Below are positions 32,195 to 42,520 of a DNA stretch of 64,000 bases, in pieces. The translations under genes and the position numbers were made by a program. Position 1 is the stretch's first letter; each line of letters opens with the position of its first letter. Below the pieces are notes generated by a model that was given only the letters and a program-made list of their open reading frames with translations, had not been told where the DNA came from and searched no databases. The DNA comes from Candidatus Babeliales bacterium (lineage in GTDB: Bacteria > Babelota > Babeliae > Babelales > JANWKD01): the NCBI GenBank assembly GCA_963722075.1, contig CAVRJM010000001.1, positions 704,001-768,000 of the forward strand, read 5' to 3'.

Positions 32195-32527
32195 TCAATC
32201 ATGAGGTTGCTGAAAAATTGATTGAGGTAAAACCTCACTCGTGAATCGATCGAATGCAAGTTTACGCCGTATGCGCTTTATAGCTCTACTACGTTGCGGC
32301 TTCATGATCTTTTTTTGAAAGGTCTTTTTCCTTGTTGTATTGCGCGGAGGAGTCAAATTATTCCGCATTACCGTACTTTCTTCTTCATTTTCACGCTGAT
32401 TTTTAGGGAAACAAGTTTCATATAAATCTGACCGAATTTCCGGCATTGGATTTTCATCACCATTTTCCATTGAGAAAGTTACAATTGGAAATATAAATGA
32501 TAAAAGTAACAATAGTAAAATATACAT
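32195..32527 (-). CDS. Secreted low-complexity protein with basic region
   Basis: ...VTFS|MEN; TPPR and KRIRRKLAF. Confidence 0.65.
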   Translation of the reverse strand: MYILLLLLLSFIFPIVTFSMENGDENPMPEIRSDLYETCFPKNQRENEEESTVMRNNLTPPRNTTRKKTFQKKIMKPQRSRAIKRIRRKLAFDRFTSEVLPQSIFQQPHD

Positions 32528-32626
32528 TAATTGGCACCTTTATAACTAATTAAAATACTGAATTATATATATAATTTTATCAAAAATTAACACTTTGTCA
32601 ATAAAAATATGGGTAAAAAAAGGGGT

Positions 32627-33982
32627 TTATTCCTCAAAAAGACCAAGTAATTCATACACTGATTGAAAGGCATGAATAGAAGCAGAAATAGCCTTATCCT
32701 TATCTAATTTCTGTTTTCGGGCTAAAAATAAGGTTTCTATGCCAAATTTTTGGGCCTCATTCAGGTGTATATTTATTTGATTTACTGATTTGATATGCCC
32801 GGTTAAGTTAATTTCCCCTAAGGCAATGGATTTAGCCGGTAACGGCTTTTTGCAATAACTGGAAAGTAATGCCAACGCTATTCCTAAGTCAGCGGAGCTT
32901 TCTTTTAATTTAAATCCCCCACTTACTTTAAAAAATATATCATGAGCACTGAAGGGTATTTGTAAATACTTTTCTAAAATGGAAGCGATAATAACTACTT
33001 GTTTTTGATCAAGCCCAGAAATAACCCGCTGCGGTATACCAAACTTTGAAGGCACAATAAGCGCTTGTAATTCAAGCAACAATGGACGAGTACCTTCGCT
33101 ATAGCTAATTAATACTGAACCAGGAGCATAGGATGCTTCATTAATAAGTTGCTGGTTTATATTAGAAACTTCTTGCAAACCCTGCTCATTCATTTCAAAA
33201 AATCCGATTTCATTAAGCGTCCCGAATCGGTTTTTTACTGACCGCAAGATTCGTGTTTGCCACCGATCTTCCCCTTGTAAATAAAAAACTGCATCCACCA
33301 TATGCTCAAGCATTTTGGGTCCGGCAATGGTACCTTCTTTAGTAATGTGACCGGTTACAATCACCGCAATGTTGTGCTCTTTTGCTAACCGCATTAAATG
33401 GAACGCCGATTCGCGCAGCTGGCCAATAGTACCAGGAATTGTTTGTGCCGTAGTAGAATAACAATTTTGAATGGAATCTATAATAATTATATGCGGCTTG
33501 CGTTCTTGCGCGGTTGCAATAATTGATTCTAAATTGCCTTGGTCAGAAAAATAAAGTTGTCCTGAAGCACATTGTAAGCGCAGCGCACGCATTTTTACTT
33601 GTTCTAATGATTCTTCAGAAGAAAAATAAAAAATAGTATATTCTTGCGAAAGCTGATGCGCTACTTGTAATAATAAGGTTGATTTACCAATTCCCGGATC
33701 TCCCGTTACCACTATAAAGCAACCAGGCATAATACCGCCACCAACTACGCGATCCCATTCAGTTATCCCTGTTAACATACGACTTTTTGTATCAAAAGCT
33801 ACTTGATCAAGTGTTGTTAAAGAAAGCATGCTACCAGTTTTTAATGGTGCCGCATTTACCGTTTGCATCATTTTTTGCTTTTCAGTAACACTTCCCCATT
33901 CTTGGCAGCTGGGGCAGCAACCTAACCATTTTGGCGGACGGTAATCACAATTAGTACAATAAAATTCTATTTTTTGTTTCAT
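32627..33982 (-). CDS. radA: DNA repair protein RadA/Sms
   Basis: CxxC...CxxC zinc finger, GDPGIGKST, KNRFG, Lon-like C-terminal domain. Confidence 0.97.
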   Translation of the reverse strand: MKQKIEFYCTNCDYRPPKWLGCCPSCQEWGSVTEKQKMMQTVNAAPLKTGSMLSLTTLDQVAFDTKSRMLTGITEWDRVVGGGIMPGCFIVVTGDPGIGKSTLLLQVAHQLSQEYTIFYFSSEESLEQVKMRALRLQCASGQLYFSDQGNLESIIATAQERKPHIIIIDSIQNCYSTTAQTIPGTIGQLRESAFHLMRLAKEHNIAVIVTGHITKEGTIAGPKMLEHMVDAVFYLQGEDRWQTRILRSVKNRFGTLNEIGFFEMNEQGLQEVSNINQQLINEASYAPGSVLISYSEGTRPLLLELQALIVPSKFGIPQRVISGLDQKQVVIIASILEKYLQIPFSAHDIFFKVSGGFKLKESSADLGIALALLSSYCKKPLPAKSIALGEINLTGHIKSVNQINIHLNEAQKFGIETLFLARKQKLDKDKAISASIHAFQSVYELLGLFEE

Positions 33983-34044
33983 ATTTTTTTACATATAAAA
34001 TTTTGGTATGTTATACCAGTATATCAGTAATAATAAAGGATCAT

Positions 34045-34275
34045 ATGAATAAAAAATTATTGTATTTTAATTTGTTTATTGTAATCACCTTAAATGGTAT
34101 GAATAACAATCAAAAAACTCCCATAGAAAAATTAAAAGAAAATCTTATAGCTTTAAAAACTAAAATACCACCTCAAGTTCCATCCAATCAACAAAATGAA
34201 GATCTTTCAGATTCATCAGAACCCTTTTGTGGCTTTAAAAAAGGTTTTTTAAATAATCAAGAAAATGAAAATTGA
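34045..34275 (+). CDS. Small secreted protein
   Basis: ATG 34045 follows AAGGA; ...TLNG|MN. Confidence 0.55.
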   Translation: MNKKLLYFNLFIVITLNGMNNNQKTPIEKLKENLIALKTKIPPQVPSNQQNEDLSDSSEPFCGFKKGFLNNQENEN

Positions 34276-34288
34276 CCTTCATTTGTTC

Positions 34289-34357
34289 CTGGATCTTTAC
34301 ATTGCTAAGGCATCTCAGGTTGACAAATTTATCAAGATGTCATTCGTAGGAATCCAG
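34289..34357. repeat. Degenerate family A element (tail to tail; second arm internally deleted)
   Basis: CTGGATCTTTAC...CTCAGGTTGACA...TGTCATTCGTAGGAATCCAG. Confidence 0.7.
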
Positions 34358-34558
34358 TAACAAATTGATATGCCATCTTAGTTAGCTGTAGCTATTACAT
34401 CATGACCCTGCGCACTAATCCCTCGCTATTTTATTTCAAATAGAATTTACATTGATAAAAATTAGCTCCTTATTACATTATAAAATTGACAAATATTTAT
34501 AAACATATAGATTTAATTATTAGTGAGGTTATTATTTTTTTTAAAACAGGATTTTATT

Positions 34559-34990
34559 ATGAATAAATCTTTATTATTTAAAGCAGTACTCCTATCAGTT
34601 GCTTTATTATTTTCTTGCCAAACATTCAGCATGGAATCTCTAAAAAAGAGACAAGAATCATTACACCAATGGTTTGCAGATCATTCTACCTGCAAAGCAA
34701 TAGCAGTAGCCTGTGGAACAGCTATTCCCATGATTGCAGTTTCAGCTTTCTTAACGAATTATCAATCTGAATTGGGATTCGGCAATATTAAAACTGATAA
34801 TTACCATAATATAAGCGCTGCATTGGGAGTCGCAAGTGGATGCGCATCAGGCTTTTTAACATATATGTATCCAGAAATTAGTTTTGCATATCCAATTTTG
34901 GCAGGTTTATTTTATGTTACCAAAAAAATAGGCTGTCAGATGGTAGAAGATTTTGTAATACCCCCGCTCTCTTGCAGAAGGCCAATTTAG
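34559..34990 (+). CDS. Secreted multi-TM protein (tandem family 2)
   Basis: ATG follows AGGA; ...QTFS|ME; QWFADH and GVASGCASGFLTY.YP. Confidence 0.7.
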   Translation: MNKSLLFKAVLLSVALLFSCQTFSMESLKKRQESLHQWFADHSTCKAIAVACGTAIPMIAVSAFLTNYQSELGFGNIKTDNYHNISAALGVASGCASGFLTYMYPEISFAYPILAGLFYVTKKIGCQMVEDFVIPPLSCRRPI

Positions 34991-35047
34991 TTTCACCATC
35001 TAGGGGTTAAAAATCGTTACAACATTTAAAATGATAGGATTTTTATT

Positions 35048-35509
35048 ATGAAAAAATCGTTAATTTTCAACTCAATAGCAATCTTATTGCTTGCTGCATC
35101 AATATGCACACAATCACATGCCATGTTTAAGTTTAATTATCATGAAACAAAACAATGGTTTGTAAATCATCCAAATTATAAAAAAGCACTTGTTATCGGC
35201 GCTACTATTGCTCCTATGGTTATTGTCCCGTCGGTTTTAGCATGTACGCAAGCACGCATGGTAACAGAAAGCAATGGCTACACCGAATGGAACAATATAA
35301 GTTTTGACAATACCCATCCCTATTTAAACGCTTTAGCGGGTATAGGTTCTGGCTTAGCGGCTGGCTGTTTTACTTATAACTATCCACAAGTAACCGCACT
35401 TACTACAAAAGCTAGTGCATTAGTTGGCCTTGGCGGGTTGGCACTTGCAACCGGCGTATATGTTATCACAAAAGCAGGATCTCAATTAGCAAAAATTATT
35501 ACTCAATAA
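35048..35509 (+). CDS. Secreted multi-TM protein (tandem family 2)
   Basis: ...QSHA|MF; QWFVNHP and GIGSGLAAGCFTY.YP. Confidence 0.7.
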   Translation: MKKSLIFNSIAILLLAASICTQSHAMFKFNYHETKQWFVNHPNYKKALVIGATIAPMVIVPSVLACTQARMVTESNGYTEWNNISFDNTHPYLNALAGIGSGLAAGCFTYNYPQVTALTTKASALVGLGGLALATGVYVITKAGSQLAKIITQ

Positions 35510-35554
35510 AGTAACTATTTTGAGGTTATTAATATTTTTAGATAGGATTAATTT

Positions 35555-35941
35555 ATGAACAAATCATTATTAACTAAAACACTGTTCTTATTACTTATTG
35601 CATCGTGCATTACATCAACTTATCCGATGCAAAAATCAAAATTGGAACAATGGGTATATGACCATCCATCTTTAAGCACTTTTATAGCAACAATAATACC
35701 CGCTATTGCGATCCCTACTATTTTAACCTATGCGCCACCGTCAAAAAGGTTTGACGACATCAGTTCTAATCATAAATTATTAATGGGATTAGTAGGCGGG
35801 TTCGGCTCAGGATTTTTAATGTATAACGAACCTGAACTTTCCCTTGCTTGTTTTAAAGGTGGAACAATAGGGTTAGGAATTGGAGCAATAGTAACTATTG
35901 CTCGTTTAGGAATCAAAAAAATCTTCCAAAGCAACAAATAA
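35555..35941 (+). CDS. Secreted multi-TM protein (tandem family 2)
   Basis: ...STYP|MQ; QWVYDHP and GLVGGFGSGFLMY.EP. Confidence 0.7.
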   Translation: MNKSLLTKTLFLLLIASCITSTYPMQKSKLEQWVYDHPSLSTFIATIIPAIAIPTILTYAPPSKRFDDISSNHKLLMGLVGGFGSGFLMYNEPELSLACFKGGTIGLGIGAIVTIARLGIKKIFQSNK

Positions 35942-35950
35942 AGATGCAAT

Positions 35951-35992
35951 AAAAAAAGAAGGCCGAAGTAAATCGTTCGTCCTTCTTTTTTT
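35951..35992. terminator. Bidirectional terminator between convergent genes
   Basis: AAAAAAAGAAGG...CCTTCTTTTTTT. Confidence 0.7.
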
Positions 35993-35999
35993 AAGTATT

Positions 36000-36584
36000 T
36001 TAAAACATCGGCTGCTTATCAATTTTATGGCAACTGCGGCAGCGCGCTTGATAACTTTCTTGTGCACCAACTAAAATAATCGGATCATCGTGACGCGCTG
36101 GCTTACCATTAACCAACCGTTGGGTAAAATGCGCATCCTTGCCACAATCAATACAAATTGCTTTTAACTTTGTAATCTCATCAGCAATAGACATTAATAT
36201 GGGCATGCACCCAAATGGCATCCCCTTAAAATCTAAATCTAACCCCGCAACAATTACCCGTTTGCCTTCATCAATTAACTGACATATTACATTAATTACA
36301 TCCATGGAAAAGAATTGCACTTCGTCAATACCAACAACGGTGGTACTTAATTCAATATAAGGCATAATCGAACGGGGATTATCCAACGGAACGGCATATA
36401 TTTTATCACCATTATGAGAAGCAACATATTCTATGGTAGTACGATCATCAAGACAATGTTTAAATGTCTTAATTGATAAACGCGCGTATTCGGCGCGTTT
36501 TAAACGGCGTATTAATTCTTCTGTTTTTCCTGAAAACATAGAACCACAAATTACTTCTAACCTTCCCTTACTTTCATTATTCAT
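36000..36584 (-). CDS. tdk: Thymidine kinase
   Basis: GSMFSGKTEEL, IDEVQF, CxxC...YQARCRSC. Confidence 0.97.
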   Translation of the reverse strand: MNNESKGRLEVICGSMFSGKTEELIRRLKRAEYARLSIKTFKHCLDDRTTIEYVASHNGDKIYAVPLDNPRSIMPYIELSTTVVGIDEVQFFSMDVINVICQLIDEGKRVIVAGLDLDFKGMPFGCMPILMSIADEITKLKAICIDCGKDAHFTQRLVNGKPARHDDPIILVGAQESYQARCRSCHKIDKQPMF

Positions 36585-36619
36585 GATATATATTCTTATT
36601 TATAATATTTGTTTAAGAT

Positions 36620-36979
36620 TTAAAAATAATTTAAAAATAAATAAAAAAATCTTTTGAGAGAATTTTTTATAGTTGATTGCTCATTTAATGCTTTAATTCT
36701 TGCCCCAATTAATGGGCCCTTTTTTTCATACAACTCATTTTTTATTACATCCCAATAAACCGCACGTTTCTGTTCTTTTGAAGCCAAATCAATGGGGTAC
36801 GGTTTTCCATTAATCATAAGAAGGTGCTTACTTGGTTTATGAACAATAAATAATTCATCGTGGTTTGAAACAATTTTTAATTTATTAATGCGCGAAACAG
36901 ATTTTTTTTGATCAATAAACTCCATACTTGATGCGGTAAAAAAAATGCTCAATGCCAAGACACAAAAAAAAAGTACCAA
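36620..36979 (-). CDS. Hypothetical secreted protein
   Basis: TTG start follows GAGGAG; ...TASS|ME. Confidence 0.6.
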   Translation of the reverse strand: MVLFFCVLALSIFFTASSMEFIDQKKSVSRINKLKIVSNHDELFIVHKPSKHLLMINGKPYPIDLASKEQKRAVYWDVIKNELYEKKGPLIGARIKALNEQSTIKNSLKRFFYLFLNYF

Positions 36980-37167
36980 TAAAAGCTCCTCACTTCGTGA
37001 ATGTATAAATATTTTATTGATTTTAAAATGTTTTTTTTAAAAAACAATAGCTTTCTTTTTTTTATTTTTTTATTATCCTAGCAACATTAGAACAAACGCT
37101 TTTAAATAGAAGCCATAAGATTAATCAAAAGTAAATACGAATAACAAACTAAGGACAAATAATTTCA

Positions 37168-38514
37168 ATGAGCACCACCTCCCATCCTTCTAGCGTAATA
37201 CCATCTACTATTTCACCTATGCAATCTGTTCTTCATGACGATGCAACTATTGTTATTAATCAATCGTTAGAACTAAAAGGACAGGCAACATTAAGCGGTG
37301 CAAAAAATGCAGTATTAGTTATCATTGCCTCACTGATCTTAACAGAAGGAAAATCAGCATTATATAATGTTCCTAATTCAGATGATGTCCTGCAAATGAT
37401 TTCCTTAATGCGTGAACTTGGTGCTCATATTCAATTTGATAGCACGCAAAACAAACTTGAAGTAGAAACCTCTTTTATTTCTAATTATAAAGTATCACCA
37501 TCGCTCATGAAGAAGATGCGCGCCTCGGTATTAGTGATGGGCCCCCTTCTGGCTCGTTTTGCACGAGCTGAAATTGCGCTTCCGGGCGGTTGCTTACTGG
37601 GCGCACGGCCAATCGATTATCATATAAAAAATTTTGAAAAAATGGGTGTTATTTTTACTATTGATGGGGAATTTTTAAGCGGCATTACTGATCGATTAAA
37701 GCCTGCTCGTATCGTACTTGATTACCCAAGCGTTGGTGCAACTGAAAATCTCTTAATGGCAGCAGTACTCACCCCAGGAACCACACATATTATCAATGCA
37801 GCATTAGAACCAGAAGTATTGGATTTAATTTCTATACTTACAAAAATGGGTGCGCTGATATCTATTGATGCACCGGCTACTATTATAATACAAGGGGTGC
37901 AAAAATTACGCGCCATTGAGCATCATATCATATTTGATCGGCTTGAAGCGGGTGCCTTATTACTAGCAACGGCAATCACCGGCGGCTCTATTTATTTACC
38001 ACAAGCCCGCGCTGATCAATTGGATGTTTTCTTGTTAAAACTCCATGAGATGGGACATCATATTGAAACTGATTCAGGACAAGGCATACGATTACGTGCA
38101 ACAAAAACACCACGTGCGGTCTCATTTACTACTGCTCCTTATCCGGGGTTTCCTACTGATTTACAAGCTCCTATGATGGCAGCACAATGTCTTGCTAATG
38201 GCAAAAGTGAAATTCATGAAACGGTATTTGAAAATAGATTATTACATGTACGTGAATTACAAAAAATGGGCGCCCAAATAACCGTCAAAGGCGACCGCGC
38301 CTTGGTAACGGGCGTGGATACCTTATATGGCACTTCCGTTATTGCTACTGATATTCGTGCCTCATGCGCACTGGTACTAGCAGGCTTAGCGGCCCGTGGC
38401 ACTACTGTTATGACCGGCATTAATCATTGGAAACGCGGGTACGAAGCACTAGAAAAAAAATTGGCACAATTAGGCGCTTCTATTACTGTCCAAAAATTAG
38501 TACAACAAACCTAA
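37168..38514 (+). CDS. murA: UDP-N-acetylglucosamine 1-carboxyvinyltransferase
   Basis: GAKNA, MRAS, PGGCLLGARP (catalytic Cys), YPGFPTDLQ and TDIRAS. Confidence 0.97.
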   Translation: MSTTSHPSSVIPSTISPMQSVLHDDATIVINQSLELKGQATLSGAKNAVLVIIASLILTEGKSALYNVPNSDDVLQMISLMRELGAHIQFDSTQNKLEVETSFISNYKVSPSLMKKMRASVLVMGPLLARFARAEIALPGGCLLGARPIDYHIKNFEKMGVIFTIDGEFLSGITDRLKPARIVLDYPSVGATENLLMAAVLTPGTTHIINAALEPEVLDLISILTKMGALISIDAPATIIIQGVQKLRAIEHHIIFDRLEAGALLLATAITGGSIYLPQARADQLDVFLLKLHEMGHHIETDSGQGIRLRATKTPRAVSFTTAPYPGFPTDLQAPMMAAQCLANGKSEIHETVFENRLLHVRELQKMGAQITVKGDRALVTGVDTLYGTSVIATDIRASCALVLAGLAARGTTVMTGINHWKRGYEALEKKLAQLGASITVQKLVQQT

Positions 38515-39353
38515 AAAAAGCCACCAATAAGATCAGTAAGTTCGGCCGTAATTTTAGCCTGGCGCATCTTATTATAGGTAAGGCGCATAGAATCAAGTAA
38601 AGTACCGGCACTGCGTGTTGAATTATCCATAGCAATAAAGCGCGCTGCTTGCTCAGCTACTAATGATTGGAATAACAGCTCATACATAGTTATATATACC
38701 ATTTGCTCAATAAGATAATTTAAGATATCGCCGGGAGGTTCTTCCCATATATATTCATTAAAAATATCTTTTTGGGTACCGGTATCTTGTACGGTAAATG
38801 GAATAAGTTGCGTAATTTGGGGTTTTTGCACAAAGAACGTTTTTGAAAAGTTGCTATAAATCATTACGGCGCTGTGAGAGCCAGCGGTTTTTACGATATA
38901 TTCACTTATCTGCCGACAAATAACTTCTATATTTGCAATAGAAAAGGTATCAAAATTTTGAATGATTGTATTATTGGCATGACGCGCATATTCATGTGCT
39001 TTTTTACCGATGGTAATAAGCATTGGCTTTTCTTGATTTTTAACTGCTTTTTCAAAAAAGGCAAAAAGCTCTGTATTAAAATTACCACATAATCCTTTTT
39101 GTGATCCGATTAAAATGGCTAATTGGGGAGCATTAGTATTCTCTGCCCTTAATAATGGATGGTTCCAATTTGTTTGCCCAGCATAGAGGGGCAAAAAAAT
39201 AGCTGCTATTTGTTGCCTATATTCTTCAATACCATTTTTTTTAGATCGCAATCGTAAATGGCTCGACATAGAAATTAAGCGCAACGCATGCGTTATTTTT
39301 TTGATCGTTTTAATAGCTTTAATGCGCTGGCGCATTCGAATTAATTGAGACAT
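38511..39353 (-). CDS. atpG: F1 ATP synthase gamma subunit
   Basis: KGLCGNFN, EQAARFIAMDN and YNKMRQAKITAEL. Confidence 0.95.
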   Translation of the reverse strand: MSQLIRMRQRIKAIKTIKKITHALRLISMSSHLRLRSKKNGIEEYRQQIAAIFLPLYAGQTNWNHPLLRAENTNAPQLAILIGSQKGLCGNFNTELFAFFEKAVKNQEKPMLITIGKKAHEYARHANNTIIQNFDTFSIANIEVICRQISEYIVKTAGSHSAVMIYSNFSKTFFVQKPQITQLIPFTVQDTGTQKDIFNEYIWEEPPGDILNYLIEQMVYITMYELLFQSLVAEQAARFIAMDNSTRSAGTLLDSMRLTYNKMRQAKITAELTDLIGGFF

Positions 39354-39562
39354 ACAATTTGCCTTATTATAATGAAGAAGCTACTTTCTAATGTAATAAG
39401 GATAGGGCAATTTTGCAATTTATTATCCTTAATTGAGATCATTTTACCGTCACCGCTCAATGAATCTACTTGAAACAAAGCATACTACAATGGTTGTATT
39501 ATTACCTATAAATTATTTATAATATACATAAAAAAATATTATAAGGTATATGAAAATAATTC

Positions 39563-40132
39563 ATGAAATTACTCATTGACGGTTATAATCTGTTAAAAAA
39601 AATAAAAAAAACATCGTATATTACGGATAGTGAGCGCAATAAATTTCTTAAACAACTCAACAATTATGCACATCAAAAAAAGTTATCTATCATTATTGTG
39701 TTTGATGGTGGTCCATTTAATTGGCCTCAGCATGAAAAGATGAGTTCGGTGGTAGAGGTAATTTATTCCGGGGCACAGCAAAACGCAGATACCTATATAA
39801 AGCAGTACTTAGATGAACACGCTAATAAAGAGCTGTTATTAATAAGTAGTGATCGAGAATTAGTAAATTACGCACATAACCATAACGTTATTTCATTGGA
39901 TTCTTATACCTTTTCTGAATTACTCTATCACAATCAATCATTACCAAAAATAGCTACTCATAAAGAGCCCCTACGCAAATTGACCATTCAAAGCACACCA
40001 GAGCTTGATATCTTAATGGAACAGTTAAAAGTGCCAACAAAAACTACTGAGGATAGAAAACGGGAACGGGGAAAAACTCATACTTTATCTAAAGAAGAGC
40101 GCAAATTATTACAAAAATTGAAGAAGTTATGA
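39563..40132 (+). CDS. NYN/PIN-domain ribonuclease (YacP/Rae1-like)
   Basis: IDGYN, VFDG, ADTYI and SSDREL acidic motifs. Confidence 0.85.
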   Translation: MKLLIDGYNLLKKIKKTSYITDSERNKFLKQLNNYAHQKKLSIIIVFDGGPFNWPQHEKMSSVVEVIYSGAQQNADTYIKQYLDEHANKELLLISSDRELVNYAHNHNVISLDSYTFSELLYHNQSLPKIATHKEPLRKLTIQSTPELDILMEQLKVPTKTTEDRKRERGKTHTLSKEERKLLQKLKKL

Positions 40133-40142
40133 CATATAAAAA

Positions 40143-40240
40143 TGTCATTCTGAGACCGTAGGCGTAAGAATCCAGTAATAAAAATAAGCCTTTTATATAT
40201 TCACTGGATCCTCACGGCGCTCTCGCGCCTCAGGATGACA
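40143..40240. repeat. Family A palindromic element, empty
   Basis: TGTCATTCTGAG...GTAAGAATCCAG...CTGGATCCTCACG...CTCAGGATGACA. Confidence 0.85.
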
Positions 40241-40246
40241 TCTTGA

Positions 40247-40669
40247 TTATATTGTAACCTTGGGCACCGCCGAAGATTTCTCTAATAACATTTTCCGTGC
40301 GATTTGTATAAAGGCAATCATCAATGCAGTCGCGGTTATTTCACGCCACCAAATGCGTGGTACGGTACTCAATCCTTGAATAAACGTCCAGAATGAAATT
40401 TCACTCTCTGTTAAAATATTACGCCCATCATAACGCAATTCTTTTGCATATTGTAAGGCAGCTTCCTTAGAAAAAAGATAGCGATGCCCTATATCAGTTA
40501 AAATTTCACCCAATGCCCATAATGTAACACCACCAATAAAAAAACGGGCGAGCAGCGGTTTTAAAAAAGAATCCGGCTGTTGGCTTATAATGGGGGGCTT
40601 TATGTTCTGATTATCTGCATTCACAAAACTACCGCTTAACAATAGAAAAAAGAAAATTATTTTTTTCAT
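40247..40669 (-). CDS. Hypothetical membrane protein
   Basis: Signal ...FVNA|DN plus two hydrophobic helices. Confidence 0.65.
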   Translation of the reverse strand: MKKIIFFFLLLSGSFVNADNQNIKPPIISQQPDSFLKPLLARFFIGGVTLWALGEILTDIGHRYLFSKEAALQYAKELRYDGRNILTESEISFWTFIQGLSTVPRIWWREITATALMIAFIQIARKMLLEKSSAVPKVTI

Positions 40670-40761
40670 GATAAAGATTCTCCCACTATTAAGATTGTTT
40701 TGATAAATAAAAGTAGTATATAATAAATTATATTATTTCAATCATAATAAAAAACAAGCGG

Positions 40762-41205
40762 ATGAATATTGCTTTAAATTCAAAATCGGTAACATTTTCG
40801 TTAGATACTCTTAATACCATTGCGCATGATCTGTATGTATTAAAAAATCAATGCGCTATTTATACCTTTGAGGGCCCATTAGGCGCCGGTAAAACAACCT
40901 TAGTAAGATCGTTATTTAAGCAATTTGATATTCATGCTCCTATCACTAGCCCTACTTTCAGCTATATGAATGTATATGAAAACAATAAAGGCGAACTTTT
41001 ATATCATTTTGATTTATATCGCTTAACAAATCTTAATGAATTTTTAGAAGCTGGCTTTGATGAATTTTTATATGTACCTAATAGTTGGGCTTTTATAGAA
41101 TGGCCAAAAATTATTAAATCATTATTAACTAAAAATGTCTGTGATATTACTCTTGATTATGGAGCTGATCAACAGCATAGAATTTTACAATGTAGCATAC
41201 GATAA
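40762..41205 (+). CDS. tsaE: tRNA threonylcarbamoyladenosine biosynthesis ATPase TsaE
   Basis: GPLGAGKTT, ITSPTF, YHFDLYRL and IEWP. Confidence 0.96.
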   Translation: MNIALNSKSVTFSLDTLNTIAHDLYVLKNQCAIYTFEGPLGAGKTTLVRSLFKQFDIHAPITSPTFSYMNVYENNKGELLYHFDLYRLTNLNEFLEAGFDEFLYVPNSWAFIEWPKIIKSLLTKNVCDITLDYGADQQHRILQCSIR

Positions 41206-41232
41206 TAAGTTCTATTATATTTTGTTTTCGTT

Positions 41233-41793
41233 CTATTTTTGCATCAGCACGATATCGGAATCTTTCTTTCCTCTTATATGTTTAGGAAGCAGCTTTCCAG
41301 GATTTTCTTTTTTCCATTCTCCTACGGTACATTCAATCATTACTTTGCCACCACACTCTTTAATCAATTGTTGCATTTCTTCATTACCTTCAGGAAAAAC
41401 ATCTGCCATCAATTGGGCAAATGGCAACGTATCACTGCTATCACCGTGTTTAGCAATTACGTCATCACCAAATTGAGCTAGTAACAATTTTGCTTCTTGC
41501 AGATCATTATAACGAATAGCCTGATGAAACAACCATGTCTGCGAAATTTTAGCACTAAAAATAGGCTTTCTTGCCATCAATTCAGCAATAGCTTTTTTGG
41601 TATCCTCTCCTGCATTTTTAATAATTTCTACAATTTTTTCATATTCGCATGAAAACTTGTAATTTGATATTGTTTGAGCTAATTCACTGGAATCAGCTAA
41701 ATCTTCTTCGGTAAATTCAATTACTCGTTCCATCGTATGGGTAACAGCAACCAAGGCATTAATTACTAATAGTAATCGGAAATATATTTGCAT
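41233..41793 (-). CDS. Secreted protein with a degenerate ankyrin-like segment (tandem family 3)
   Basis: ...VTHT|ME; WLFHQAIRYND...LLAQFGD. Confidence 0.7.
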   Translation of the reverse strand: MQIYFRLLLVINALVAVTHTMERVIEFTEEDLADSSELAQTISNYKFSCEYEKIVEIIKNAGEDTKKAIAELMARKPIFSAKISQTWLFHQAIRYNDLQEAKLLLAQFGDDVIAKHGDSSDTLPFAQLMADVFPEGNEEMQQLIKECGGKVMIECTVGEWKKENPGKLLPKHIRGKKDSDIVLMQK

Positions 41794-41829
41794 AAGATTC
41801 CTTTAACGTAAATCTTCTAAAGCCATACT

Positions 41830-42405
41830 CTATTTTTGAATGTGAACTATCTCATCATCATTTTTACCTTTAAGCCAGTCTGGTAGCTCTAAACCGGGAT
41901 GTTCCCTTAACCATTCTTGCTTATATTCACCCGCTTTGTAACATATCACCTCATGACCACCATGTTGGCTTATCAATTCTTGCATTGGTTCAGTGCCGCA
42001 CGAAAAAGAATCAGATATTAATTTAGCAAATGGTAATGTATCGCTGCCATGACCAACCGAAGCAATGATATCATCACCAAATTGAGCTATTAATTTCTTT
42101 GCTTCATCAATGTCGTTGTATCTAACAGCCTGATGAAATAACCAAGTTTATGGTATCTTAGCACTATAAATAGGATTTGCAATCATAAGTTCATATATTG
42201 CTTTTTTAAGCTCTGCTTCATTCCTTTTAATAATTTCCAAAATTCTTTTATACTCATTCATTTCTTGATAAGTATCGACACTTATACCATATGATTGGCT
42301 GGCATGCGAATGGCAGCTTCGTTTGTTTTGTTTTTCCATTGCTTGAATAGCTAAAACTAAAGATAATATTACTACTGATAAAAGATTTTTTATTTGTATG
42401 TTCAT
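41830..42405 (-). pseudogene. Paralog of 41233-41793 interrupted by one in-frame TAA (42148-42150)
   Basis: Frame continues SAKIP*TWLFHQAVRYND...GKNDDEIVHIQK*, matching SAKISQTWLFHQAIRYND...GKKDSDIVLMQK*. Confidence 0.85.
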
Positions 42406-42520
42406 ACTATTTCCCTAATTAACGTGAAAGTGAATCAGTCTCATTTTTACTAAAACGTATGATAGTACAAAATGATTGGCGGGTAAAGGTAGTTAAAAGA
42501 GTTAATTGAAATTTTATTTT

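Noticed and set aside
42148..42150. TAA reassigned to Gln (alternative genetic code)
   Set aside because: TAA terminates many conserved genes here (rplL, nusG, pnp) and no other in-frame case was seen.
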